Source of the DNA: Ophelia neglecta
Taxonomy: Eukaryota
NCBI GenBank assembly: GCA_965285935.1
Contig: OZ260666.1
Coordinates: 65,286,001-65,350,000, forward strand
Direction of reading: 5' to 3'
Length of the DNA: 64,000 bases
The notes beneath the pieces were generated by a model. That model worked only from the letters and a program-made list of their open reading frames with translations, searched no databases and was not told the DNA's origin. Below, piece by piece: positions 39,051-52,318 of this stretch. Both the position numbers and the translations under genes were made by a program. Within the stretch, counting starts at the first letter, position 1, and the number at the start of each line of letters is the position of its first letter.

Positions 39051-39980
39051 AAACAGATTTTTATAATGCTATTCGACATGATTTTAACCAACCAAACATG
39101 CTAAAGTTTTTTTTGGGAAGACCTCAAAGGACAATTATTAGGGCCATGCGCTGATGTGAGTGAGAGAATGAATAGGTCCTCCTTGACGGAAACCAGATAA
39201 TAACAAATCATCATGTGGCCCGTGGTTTTATTTTGCATCATGACTACTAACAATGGTTATTATGAATCAGAAAAAATTACATTGAAAAACTCAGAAATAG
39301 AAAACAAAATCAAAAAAGGCCTGCATTGTATGAAGTTTATCGGCCTAAATTGAATTGAAAATTATTGGATGTCGATAGCGACTCACTTGTGACCTAAAGG
39401 TTTCACACAAATGACATACGCCAATATTATCAGGGGTATTTCTTAAATAAAACTGCACAAATATTGCCAGTTGAGATTCAGATGTGGTCACCACTGTCGT
39501 CTTATCCGCCATCATTTCCGGATATAACAATGCCATGCTTTACTAGATTATCTGTAATATGCAACCCAACCAAATATGACACCGATGGTCAGTTGGTCAC
39601 AGAAATTTGATCACATCATAGTTGATTAACTGCGCCACAGGTTATGACCTGCAAAGTATCCCCTATTGATTACATTTATTGATATTTTGCAGAAACAGCC
39701 AATCGGATATAACTTGTTTATACATACATTGAACAGTATAAATGGTGCATTTTTCATCATTATTTATATCATAAAGATGAGAAGCCATTATGATGAGATA
39801 AATCATGATAAATCGAAGCTGCGTGGGTATCTTAACAGCTCATTATCGCCCTCGATATACATGTAGCTATATTATCATATGTTAAATGTTCGAAATAAAA
39901 TCACTATGAAACATAATCAAGACGTCTCCTGTGTTAAATTTTAGAAACCCAATTGAAGCCTGTGCGCCATGTTGGATTTA

Positions 39981-40120
39981 AGGGGGTTTCAGTTGGGCCA
40001 AGAGCCCCTTTCATATGGTGAATTTATGGAGGGGAAGGGTGGGGGTTACATGGGCCCAAGAGCCCCTTATTACCTAGCGGATTTATAGGGAGGGAGTCAG
40101 TTGAGCCGCGAGCTCTCTTC
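39981..40120. repeat. Diverged tandem repeat of about 60 bp, about 2.5 copies
   Basis: Recurring ggggg..cagttgggccaagagcccctt...atttatgg motif. Confidence 0.6.
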
Positions 40121-42495
40121 TCGCTATGCATGTTACACAAAATAGTACCTATAGCTCTAAGATTTTAAATATTTCAAATTTTTAGTAGATCCGGCATTTT
40201 AGGTAAATCCTTCATTATATCTACCTAGTAACTTTTATGAGTTATACGTAGCCCCCTTCAAAGAGTGGTCCCCCCCCCCTTCCCTGATATCAGACCCAAC
40301 CATTCATTTATCCTCCGCGGCAGACGTGTATGCCTGAAACTTTTAAATAATTTGAACAGAACAAGGATTTCTTTGAAAAATTGTCTAAAATACCAATATG
40401 ACAAACGAATAGCATTGTATTTATTCGTTTTTCCTAATTGTGGAAAGATGATATATCTTGGCTGAACTTTGCACAATCTGTAAATTTACTGGTGAATTAT
40501 AAAATGCCAATAACCGGGTACCAAATATACATTTATATGCGAATTGCAAATAAATGAAATATAGTATTGCATCGTATTCTAAGAGTTTTTAAAGGTCAAA
40601 TATAAAACACTGTGCAAAAAAAAAAACATTTCGACAAGATATCAAAAATGTAAGTATCATTTCTTGGAATGTGCATATACATGTTGGCCAATATAGAATT
40701 ATAATTTAAAATTGACGTACGTTAATTTTTTTTGGCAAGTTTGACTAAAAACTAATCATTTTGATACGAAGTGTCCAAATGCCATTCGATATTGACAGCA
40801 TGCTTTGTTTAAAATAGTCAATTGCTATGCCATGATTGACTTGATTTCACGATGAGCCAGAGGTTTTGTATCGTATTTCAAGTGGAGTGTTTTTTCTTCA
40901 GGATTTGGTTTTGGCAGAGCCTTCCACCCGTCTATCAGAGCGCCTCTTGTGAGGTATCAGTCAGTCAACCCTACCATCTCGATTCCCGCCACCACCTGTT
41001 CATTTCAGCAGCTCTCTCCAACCTTCACCGTATCTAACTGTTCCCTGTAAGGCCGTCTTGCCAATGACAGCAGACATCTCATTGTCAGAAGCTACCCACG
41101 CGCGTTCGACAGCCTCACATCAAGGGGCAGATGTGCGCCGATGATGAAAATTATAAGATAACTTTATTGCCAGGTGACATGGTGGCCATGTTTGGCTGTG
41201 GATATGCAACCATGGTTAATAAGAAACGAGACTTGATTGGCTAATAAGGCTTTATAGTTGAAAACTGAGGAATAATAATAATTTAAGCATGGTGTCGCGG
41301 TATTTCTATAACAGCCATTCAGTTAATAGTTATTAAGAAAATTCAGGCGAGACAAACTCATCTTTTTGTTTCATTTTGTTAACAGTAAATACATTGTCTT
41401 CCAGTTTGATTATTGGCATCTTTTCAACAAATGGCTACAATATCAGCTTATCGTTGACAGAACTACTTATTTATACAATAGAGTAAAACGCTAATCCTCA
41501 ACAGACATGAAAACTTGGCTGAACCAATTCGATAACTGTCCTTGTTATATTGCACGTTTGGCACGTCCTTGTTTATCGACGTAGCTTCTCAGAGTGCAGA
41601 GATGTCGAATTTTTTTCTTTGTTTTATTAGTTGCGGTTACGAATGGCACTAAATTCCTCTCTTTTATCTTTTGAAGGAGAACACGATGCGACATAAAAAG
41701 TCGGACAGAAGGATTAATGTTGTCATTGTATTCTTTATTTAATCACAACATATTGACGAGCGAGGTCGCAACTCTTTAAACAAAGACCGAGTTTCGTTAA
41801 TATTTATTCAGAAAGTTGAGATTTGGGTAAGGAATCCGTGTGATTGTTGGCAATATGGTTGAAGGGCTGTTTGGTGTTTTGCTATCTTTGTAACAACTTT
41901 CAAGCCTTTTGTGTTAATAGGAAATAAAACGCGTTATGAAAGACAGGTATTCTTTTGTGTCCTAAGTGAGTCCTTCCGAATGACAATCACACGCATAATC
42001 ACGGTACTTCTCGGCGGGTAATTATCGAAATGTCAATCAGAATACAAGAAACTCTCATAAGAGACCTTGTGTTATATTCTTGGGAATTGCGCCAATCACA
42101 TAAATATGATATCATCTTTGTCTACGAGCAAACTTATATCTGCTGATCAATAAATCTTAAGATGGGAATCTTTTTTGTGGTTAAAATCACTCTGCAATGC
42201 ACAAATCTGCCTGGGAATATAGAATGTCCCATGAGTTCTGTATACTTCCTGTACGGCCGTCAACACTAAAAAGGATATAAACAGGTATTGAAAGTGATGA
42301 AAAACACAGAATCACAGCGTCGACCGTAGCTTTTAAACCAATGAAAACTTGCGTCTAACCACCAATATGGTAATTTTGTTAACAAAGAAGCATTATTCAG
42401 TACACAGATTGATTTTTGTGATGGTGAAAGTTATGTCCGCGGGGCACATAGAGTCAGCCACTCACTCATAAGGTTCATTACATTTACCACGCAAA

Positions 42496-42509
42496 GCGCC
42501 CCCTGCTGG
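42496..42509 (-). promoter_or_regulatory. CTCF consensus motif (reverse)
   Basis: GCGCCCCCTGCTGG is the reverse complement of CCAGCAGGGGGCGC, an exact CTCF core. Confidence 0.55.
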
Positions 42510-44109
42510 ACCCGCACATCGATCTAGTACGCGAAACGCGAAAACCCAGGAAAGGGTTGCAATGGTAGATTCTTCCAAAAGGAAACGTTGACCTTCAATT
42601 TTTGGTTTCTTTGCTTTTTATATAGTTATTTAGTTTGCAAAGCATATTAGGAATTTGAATCATGGACACCGCTGGGGCAAAGTAAAATGAAAATGGACGA
42701 GAGGGGTTCAAGAAACGTTACCAATGACTGTTTTGGAGTTCAAAAATTTAATGTCGTCATAGCATAGTACACTGGCTAGCATTACTAGGTCATCTTCTTC
42801 AGATTTGTCTGAGCTATCATAAATCATTTGTTAAGCTAGTTTATCCCTTGAAGGTTCCCTATAAGAAACCTTCCCGTCATTGTCATGTATGATTTGCTAT
42901 ATTATGTGGAAATGAGGTACAACAGTGTTGTTGTTGTTGTTTGGGTTTTTTTTCCGTGGCTTACAACAGTGAATAGACGAAGATGATGGAAGCAGTTTCG
43001 GATTGCGCGAGTTATAGGCCTATAAGAGTTATATAAAATATATACTAGAGTAATATGAATTAAATATCTAGAATATATGCAAGAGAAAGAAATAATAGGC
43101 CGGCCCAATATCATAAATTCATATCTGAGCTAATCCAGCCAAGCGCGCCGGAGCTCGTGCAGCGTCTTATCATGGTGCAGCTAGCAACCATTGCAACTTT
43201 ACACTTTTGCGCTCAATTCCAACTTCCGGAACCAGTATGGGGCAACGAAGGAGAACAAGACCAAATGAACCCTGTTTGTTAGTCCACGGACTATTTACCA
43301 GATTTGTTGGACAGATTACATACGAACAAACGTAAATGGAAGGCAATAGCGCAGCTTGGCTGGGTCCTTTAGGCATGTTCAATTCTTAGCAAAAATGAAT
43401 CTTAAATGCATACTAGGGACAATACATAAACGTTAAGGGCAGGGGTCAAGGGTCTTGATTCAGGTAAATCTACTCTCACGACAATTATGGACGTATCATA
43501 AGAAATTGGAGAGGGTGGGGAGAAATAGTTTTAAAAAAATGTTGGCGCGATCTCCGGCCTGCCTCTTGTACATATATTTTTTGACATAGAAGATGCACGA
43601 ACCTGGGCAAAGTATAAAAACCCCACTTGCTTCATCATCTCTTCTCATAAAAAGAGCATAAAATCTATCAATTTATGGATTATTTCTTTAAAAAAAAGAC
43701 CAATTACAGTGGCCTATATATCCAGCAATGCAAGTTATTTTGTATGTGCACTTAAATGTGTAAAACAAACAATTAATATATAAATATCAAGAGACTTAAA
43801 AGCAAAAGCGTGAATCTGATGATGGCATTGTCTAAAAAGCTGTGAGTCACTTCTGGAGCTATTCACTTTGCTCAATTCTTTCCTATATTTAGTCGAACGG
43901 GCCATGGCTAATGCTCAAATTAATAGCCAAGGTTGGTCAATACTTGTCAAAGGATATAACTACAGTGGCAGCAATTTGCCGCCAAAACGACAGGAAAGGG
44001 AGACCCGGGCTGGAGAGCCCCAATTATTGATCATATTCAATAAGCATTTCCCTTCCATTGAAATGTTAACATGTTGGCCGAGAGTGAACATGCTCCCGGT
44101 TAAATTACT

Positions 44110-44555
44110 AGGCTAGAGATCGCAAGGGGAGTCGGGAGCTGGTTAAATTACTAGACCAGGGGTTGGAATTGGGGAGAAGGGGGGGGTGCCTTGTCTTTTG
44201 GGTTTGGTATGGGAAGTGTGGATAATGGCTTAATTCAAGTTGGGACTGATTAATGAGTGAGGCGTTCATAACTACATTTATAGGTGGGGCGGCGAGTGGA
44301 ATCATGGGAATGCTTTAGGTAAACTTGTTATTTGGGGTTAAGCCGCACTATAAGGTGGGACGGGTGTAAGTAATCGGGCTTCTGCCGGGTAAGTGTGCAG
44401 GATGTAGTTGGCGTGTGTCATAGCTATATGTAGTTAGTGGCTTTCTTAAATCCATAGTTTGGACTAGGTGCAGGGTGGGAACTTTGAGACGATTATAAGC
44501 AGAGATGGAAAGAGGTGTGGGGCTTAATTGGAATGTTCTGTTAGGGGTGAGGGCA
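44110..44555 (-). mobile_element. Decayed Penelope-like relic (RT thumb/linker)
   Basis: Strong G/T skew; minus frames give FKKATNYI*L*H...HPAH and ...NLTSSRLP, resembling KPT...YLH..SxHPxH and NL...LVxSxLP. Confidence 0.3.
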
Positions 44556-46287
44556 TCGCGGCCGCCTTTAGTTTCTGCTCACACAGACACAGGCTGGAAA
44601 AACAGGTTATGATTGAGGTGAATCGACGCTTCTTCCAAAGTTTGTTAAACTTTAAACAGAAACGCTTTCTAAATGTCGAAAATTAATGCACTGCTGCTCT
44701 TAACTATATACTATACATTTCTTATTAGCACAGAAGCATGTTGAATGGAAAATTAACAACAGCAGACCGAATGTAACAAGCATGGCTAAGGCCGTGCTTT
44801 GCTACATTCCCTCGAGATACCACTTGAATGCAATATGCAAATACAATTGCCCGTCCCAGCTTAGATCAAACCAAGGTTGTTCAGTAAACAAGATGGGCTA
44901 GGCCTAATAGTGAAAAAAAATTCAGTTTTTTTTATTTCTATTTTCGGTGTTTACTGTTGAATGGTCTTATTTCTGCTACTTTTAGATAGATGAAGGACAC
45001 AGTGCCACCCCCACCCCATCCTACCCCCTGCCTAACCTCCGCACACACACACTCCTTCCCCACACCCCTCTCTGCCAGTTATAAATGTTTAGTGAGCAAC
45101 ATGCCGTCTAGGAGCTTTTAAAGACCAGCGCCTGTCAACTGGCAGGAAGTAGGGTCGCATACAAACGACAGGGGGCAGCAAATTACATGTGATTTCAGTA
45201 TTATTCGACTGAGTGTAAAATGTGCATCACTTTCCATACTTTATCTTTTTTCACTGTACATGCAAGTTTTGCATCCTGTACAATTTAGATGAACTGTTTT
45301 TCCTTTAAATAAGCCAGCATTAGCCATGTTAAAATCAATGTTAATAATATATGTAATATACGCAGCTCACAGGCCTGTGTTTCCCAGTTTATCAAAAAGT
45401 TTGAACAAAGTCTGATTTTTTCGTTAGTTAAACGATTAGTTTAGTATCTTCACTAAAAGAAGGACAAATATTAATGCTTCAATACAAATCTTGGAACGAA
45501 CGATGGGTATAAAATTGACTTATTTTGGCGCTCCGTTGTAGTTCGTATAAGTGTGAAAACTATTTTAAGTTGGCGCAATTTCTGGAAATTTAGACCTAAA
45601 AACAGTGAACTTTATTAACCAGGTTTACTTCAACCTCCCTCACATTGAGTTTTCGGGGCTTCAGATCAGCAAGTGATATATAGACCCACCAAGACGGGGG
45701 GGGGGGGGGTTATCAGGCACCATAGCTAGAGTTTCCCTCATCACGCGCTGACGTCCGCTCCCTCCATATTTGTGGATTCACACTCAGTCCTAACAAGAGA
45801 ACTCCCTCCCTCCATTACGACAACCCGCCCATTCCATCCAGGACACTCCAGATCATTGTACAGAACCAGGGGGCGGAAAGGCACATGAACAAATCACAAG
45901 ACATTACAGATTCAGCTGACTATTAGGATAAAGTTATTTGAATGCGAGGATGCGCGGAGATAAAAGATCAAAGATCTCTAACTCTGTGATGATTCCGCTA
46001 AACAGAATCCACTAATAGTGCTTTGAGTGGGGCGTGGAGTTTTTCGTAATTACCCCTTAGCACGATGCGCTCACATTCACTAAAGATGTTGCCTGTGTTG
46101 ATGTTTTTACATAATGAAAATTAACTGGATTGTTACAATAATAACACAAGAATTACCACACAGTAAATTATGCGTTTTCGGCATTGTCGTTGTTCTAGCC
46201 GCCCAATAATGCCGTTTGCCACAGTAACTGCTGCACAACAGTGGCTATAAACTGATGGGTGTAATCTGAATACCATACTGGCCGTCC

Positions 46288-46350
46288 ATGTCGAAGCGTT
46301 CGTTGTAGCTGCAAAAAAATGTCGAAGCGTTCGTTGTAGCTGCAAAAAAA
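46288..46350. repeat. 31-bp tandem duplication
   Basis: ATGTCGAAGCGTTCGTTGTAGCTGCAAAAAA twice (46288-46318, 46319-46349). Confidence 0.95.
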
Positions 46351-46469
46351 ATGCACGTATATTACCCAATATATCTACAAAAAATGCGTCAGTCCATTTA
46401 AAAAATCTCGAGTTCTCCCTACACTATCTATATACGTGTAGGATTAAATCTAAACAACAATCAGTGTAA

Positions 46470-49400
46470 TCAGAGATGGCGTTACCGGTATATACATCTC
46501 TGGTGTAATACATATAAATTACTGTAACATCGAAAGCAGTTGCAGTCACCAGATGTCGCCATGATCAAATATAGTTCCATCTTTATCATCTGCAACATGT
46601 CGGTAATGAATCGTAAGTAGTTTTCTTCAAAGTTGTCCAATGTGCATGTAAAAAGACTAGCTGTAGTGTGCCTTCTTTCTCTATGCAATCGGAATATAGA
46701 CAGATGGAATAACAAAACATAATATTACATGACATGCCATGTTTATTGGCCAAATGAACTATGCCACATCTTACCAATATCACAAAGATAGATAAACAGG
46801 AGGAAAAAATGTTTCACCTGCAACAGATCAACACGGCTTTGGAGGAGGAAAATAAATCTCTAAGGACCAAATTAGGTTTGACGAAGGACGGCAGACGACC
46901 CTATACGCCAGAAAATACGCCGTGCAAATTCTCTCTAATGAAAATGAACAATATTCAAGGAAGAATAATATCAAAATTTTTTGTCTTACGATGACCGAAT
47001 ATGAATAGAAGGCAACAGCTACCCGCGTGACTGACTTCCTAAATAAAGAATTGGGACTACAACTCACGACAAATGACATCGACACAGCTGACATTCTACC
47101 AACAAAGTTTGATGGACCTAATCCACTCATAGTCCGCTTCAAGTTCAGGAAATCGGTATCAGTTGTCACAGGAGCTCGTCGGCAACTTCGTGATAAAACA
47201 TTCAGCAATATTAAAGTGGATAATAAGAGGAGGACATGACCCACACGAATGCTAATCTACTTACGAGAGTTACAAAACACCTGTGGGTTGAAACTGCTTA
47301 TAATGGCAAAGTTAAAGAAAGATTACATGGGATACAAGGTAATACATTTGACATTAAACCATTTATAGACCTTGAAAAGCAAATCAGACTCAAGGAGCGA
47401 GTGCGACCACCCAAAAAGTGAGGCTGCAGCCATATAAGGGGCCCGTACGCTGAACTTGACTGGTGTAAAGGTGTAATCAATTTTGTTTTAGCTGGTCCAG
47501 TGGCGTTCTTGCCTTTTGTACTACTACCAACGAGCTGTATCGTAAATCACTTGTCCCTGACACCACAGTCGGTGTTTCTTTGATTTGTTGTTATGTTGAA
47601 AACAAACTTGTTTATTATTTGTGTAAATACTAAGCATGCCACTTTATGTCATCTTTCACTAACCATATACAAGCTATGCTCGACCCAAATCTTCATAATG
47701 CCTAGTATGGATTATAATATAAATGAAATTGAGCTAGTTAAATAGTCCCATTACTATTCACGCGTTGAGATAGGACCCTTGTGTCAAAGTGCAACACTGA
47801 AAAAATCGTTGGCTATCATGAATTTAAACGCCCAAAGTCTTGTCAGTAAATTTCAACTTCTCTTACAAGAGTTCAAAACCATCCACGCTGTTGCGACTGA
47901 CGTGGTCACAGTAATTGAAACTTGGTTAAATAACAACTTGTAGCAGTTTGTAAATATTCCTGGATATTGTCTTGTATGCAAGAACAAACCTGTAAAGAAG
48001 GAGGGGGAGGCATATGTGTTTACGTTAGAGATGAGGTACCTTGTAAAGTAAGAAATGATCTTGATTTCACGGCTAATCATGATAAGTATATCGATGGTCT
48101 GTTTATTGAAATAACTCTTAATATGAATAACAAACCCCTGGCCATAGGCACTATATATGGATCCCCTAGCAAAATTAATATACAAGAGTTTTCAGATCAC
48201 ATTGAGGATAAAATCCATTGAATAGAATCCGAAGGGAAAAATTGTATTATATGTGGCGATATGAACCTGTTAAACTCAACCCCAAACAGAGATTCAGCAA
48301 ACTACCTTGACATGTTTATATCAAACAGTTACATTCCCCTTATTACTCTGCCAACTAGAGTCACCGCGCACTCTTCTACGCTGCTCGATCATATATTTGT
48401 CAAACATAATCCTTCAATATCATAAACTGCAGGAACACTACTCACTCACTATTCAGATCATCACCCAAACTTCGTATTCATTCATAATTCATTAACAACT
48501 GAGTATAAGCTCCCTAAATTTGTTAAATATAGGCCGTTTAACGACACCAATATTAATTCTTTTAAGTAGGGCCTCAGCAATGTAAACTGGGACCCAGTAT
48601 TAAACATTGCCAAAGATAATGCAGACATTGCATACGACATTCTTCTGAACACCTTCAATGCAAAATTGGATGAGTGCATACCTGAAAAAGAAGTGCGGTT
48701 CAATAAGTATAAACACAAAATTAAGCCCATGGGTTAGGCAAGGTATTCTGAAATCTATCCACACACGAGACTACTTAGGTAGGAGATGTGCCCTTCATTG
48801 AGACATGCCCGCTTTCAATGACGTTAATAAGAAGTTTCTAGACTATCGTAACATATAAGATAAGGTTATCAAATCTGCCTAGACCGCTTACTGAGAAGTC
48901 AGGTTTAGTGATGCCAAAAATGACCCTAAATTAATCTGGGAAAATATACGACAGGTAATGAATAGGGGCAAGAATGAAAAGTTGCAATCAGTATTTCTCG
49001 ATAGGGACGGCAACAAACTAACTGACCCGGAAAAGATAGCCCAAAACCTCAATACCTTTTTCGCAAATAGCCCAAAACCTCAATACCTTTTTCGCAAATA
49101 TCGGAACTAGGCTGGCTGATTCGATATCCTCTACCACGAATTTCAAATCCCATCTGAAAACACCAACAATAAATAGTATGTTTATGTCGGAAACAAATGA
49201 TTTCGAAATACTCAAAATTGTAGATAAAATGAAACCACATCTAGTTGTGGATTCGATAATATTACACCTCGGCTGCTTAAACTGACCATTGCCCCTATGG
49301 CTGCAGTGCTTGCAACTATATTTAATTCTATGATCAAACACGAAGTATTTCCAGATTCTGCAAAAATTGAAAAGGTACTTTCTATTTTCAAATATGGCTT

Positions 49401-50770
49401 CATCGATATTTACAAATTATAGACCCATATCAATATTCCCGGCGATCTCGAAGATTCTTGAAAGATTTATTTACAACCGCATACACAATTACCTAATTTG
49501 ATTTAATCTTTTAAATATTTAATGTCTGCCATTAACATAGACTTGTCCAAAGCGTTCGACACTTTGGACCACTCCAGACTTCTCCATAAATTGGACCATT
49601 ACTGGATCAGGGGTAATTGTAATAAGCTACTTGAGAGCTATTTATCTTCTCGTAAACAATATGTCGTTTATCGTAAAGTATCGTCGCACATGCTGCCTAT
49701 TAAATGCGGTGTACCACAGGGATCTATACTGGAGCCTCTGCTCTTTCTAATATATGTGAACGACCTCTGTAACTCTTTTCCTATAGCGCATACCCTATTA
49801 TTTGCCGACGATACCAGTATTTTGTTCCGTTATAAGGATATAATTGATTTACGGATATGAATATAGAAATTGAAAACATATATACCTGGTTGAAATCAAA
49901 TAAACTGTCCTTAAATATTCGAAAAACTAAATACATGTTATTTTGAAACCATCAAAAGCCTTTACCAGCATTCCATAGTATGCTCAATGTCATAGTGAAT
50001 GGTAACCCTATTGAGCTAGTATCAACATTTCAATTCCTGGGCATTTGGTTCGATGTACACCTCAACTGGAAACTAAACACTGATGCAAAATGCACACAAA
50101 TAGCCCAAATAAATCTGGTCATAAATAACATTAAAAGGAAAATTACCTTGTAAAATTCTCAAGCTTATCTAATATGCTCTTGTCCAATCACAACTTACTT
50201 ATAGTTTACTTGTGTGTAACAATGATTGTTATAAAATGAACCTGGACAGACTTTTCTTACTACACAAACGTTCTATGCGCGTTATCACGAAATCCCATCG
50301 GGTATCCTCAACCTGCATGATTTGTATATTTTTCAAGGTTTTAAACTTTCCACTCGAGTAAAGATTAAAAATGTCCTGTATATTTAGTAAGCTGCCTATT
50401 GTCAAATACTGTATCCCATACTCATAATACTCGATACCGAAATGTAATCCAGTTGGATAATATGCGAACAAATGTAATTAAACAATATCTTATAAATTGA
50501 ATGGTATAATTATGTACATTCGACAAATGTTACACATTGATATTAACAAGCATGTGAATATTAAGAGCGCAATTTTGAACCTATATAATAACGCTTGCCT
50601 GGTCAGAAATTGTTATGTCTGTAATTATAATGTATAACCTGGTTTCTCTGAAATGTAATCACTCCAAACCGTGGCATTGTAAGCTTGAAGTTCTTTTGTA
50701 AAATTGTTTTTCTTTTTGTTCTTTATAATCTTAGCATTGTTCTTGCTATTTACTTGTGCTTATTAAACTT
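46470..50770 (+). mobile_element. Degraded near-full-length CR1/L2-group LINE (ORF1, APE endonuclease, RT)
   Basis: ORF1 relics (coiled-coil LEEENKSLRTKL; DIDTADILP...PNPLIVRF), APE motifs (NLNAQSL, ETWL, GGGICVYVR, CGDMN, PTRVT...LLDHIF) and RT motifs (DLSKAFDT, GVPQGSILxPLLFLIYVND, FADDT); many stops, frameshifts and a deletion before DLSKAFD. Ends are approximate. Confidence 0.9.
49036..49097. repeat. 31-bp tandem duplication inside LINE ORF2 (frameshifting)
   Basis: ATAGCCCAAAACCTCAATACCTTTTTCGCAA twice, exact. Confidence 0.95.
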
Positions 50771-51229
50771 TTAGGTTTTGCCATTCCGTAGCATGAATTG
50801 TTAGTAGAACTAGGAGCGTCATCGATATCCTACATATCGATATATCGCTATTCCCTATTTATCAATATGTGTATCGATATACATGGCTTAATATCAAAAT
50901 ACCGAAATAATCATATTTATGCCATAAAAATGCCATATAATAAAGAAAACAGAGACAACTTTTCAAATTCGCAAGCATGCTTCACATAAACCACTATAGA
51001 AGCCCTCTTCTTATCCACACATACACAGATTATAATAGAAATAGTCCCCTGCAAAGATGGCTCGAAGAGACTTAGGCCTGATTCTTGCAAAAACAATTGT
51101 TTCTGGTAACTTTTGTACCAGGAAAAGGTGCTAAAACTAGTATTCTAGACCTGGCCTTCTGCTGTAGTGGGACAGCTATCTTAAGTATTGATACTTTTTT
51201 GGCATGTCCTTTTTGGTTGACGCTCTACC

Positions 51230-51406
51230 TTGCTTATTTAATTTTATTTAATGCATACATATCCTGGGAGTCCAGTGCCTACAGCTATGCCATTACTGGC
51301 ATCCATGTTTTCCCCAGATCTCTTAATCGCATTTTTGTCTGTATATACTTTACCTAACTTGTGACTGGTATGAAACCAAATAAAATAACTTCAATCAATC
51401 AATCAA
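51230..51406 (+). mobile_element. LINE-like 3' tail (AATAAA plus (TCAA)4)
   Basis: AATAAA at 51379-51384 followed by (TCAA)4 at 51391-51406, typical of CR1/L2-group 3' ends; may be the displaced tail of the 46.5-50.8 kb LINE. Confidence 0.5.
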
Positions 51407-51864
51407 AACAAGCATACAAATCTAGCATGACTAGGGACCATTTTTGTACAGAACTTGGAAAGGAGTAACATATTTGCCACTTTATATAGTCTGATATGTT
51501 CCATTTTTAACCTTTCACGGGATAAGTCCTTCATAAAATAATTTTATATAATTATGTCATGTTGCCTTCAAATAGTTTTACCTTAGATTCAAGAAAAGAG
51601 ATTGGTTCAGATATTAATATTTTCAGATTTCACCCAAAAGTTCATCTGTCTACAATTCTACAATAAGAATAGACCAAAGTGCAAATACCACAAAGGGCAG
51701 CCCTAGGGCCCCTGGGGATACTATGCTTAAAATATGCCCAGTATTTTAAGAGATGTGCTCTGCAAATGACAAGTGGACAGACAGAAATGAAAAGTGGAAA
51801 GAGAGAAGGATGACTGAATGGACATGCTGATGTTGACAAACCTATTTCATGCACATTTCATATA

Positions 51865-52042
51865 CAGTAAAACCTACTTTAAAGACCTCCTCCATACTCA
51901 GACCACCTGGTAATTCAGACCACTTATATGAAAGCCATACTGGACACATTAAATGTAAAATAACCTGTTTAAACAGACCACCTCAAAAATCAGACCAATA
52001 TTGTTCAGTCCCTTGGGTGGTCTTAATTCACAGGTTTCACTG
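51865..52042. mobile_element. Tc1/mariner (pogo/Tigger-like) MITE, 178 bp
   Basis: TA|CAGTAAAACCT ... AGGTTTCACTG|TA terminal inverted repeats with TA duplication; internal repeated AGACCAC motifs. Confidence 0.85.
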
Positions 52043-52131
52043 TAATTATAAAGTAGGAACACATAGGCAAAGACCATCACACTCTCTGTTCATTTTTTCC
52101 AAAAAACACAAATAAACTAAACTAAACTTAC

Positions 52132-52318
52132 CAGATATCACTGGAGATCCATCCTACTGCCACAAAGCTGAGGGAGGGGTAACGACTTCAGATTACTTCC
52201 ACAGGTTAATTCGTCCTTGTAGTACGACTGACAATCTAGTAATGGTGTATCTGGTATCAGGTCCATCTCTGATTGTGATCTGTCTACTGGGCTTGTCTCT
52301 CATAGCAGTCCATTCTTT
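52132..52318 (-). ncRNA. Candidate exon of a spliced, apparently non-coding minus-strand transcript
   Basis: Acceptor gttatttttcag| and donor CTG|GTAAGT; all three frames contain stops. Confidence 0.35.

Noticed and set aside
44110-44555. Mitochondrial insertion (NUMT) suggested by strand skew
   Set aside because: No mitochondrial protein, rRNA or tRNA motif was recognisable; Penelope-like motifs fit somewhat better, though not decisively.
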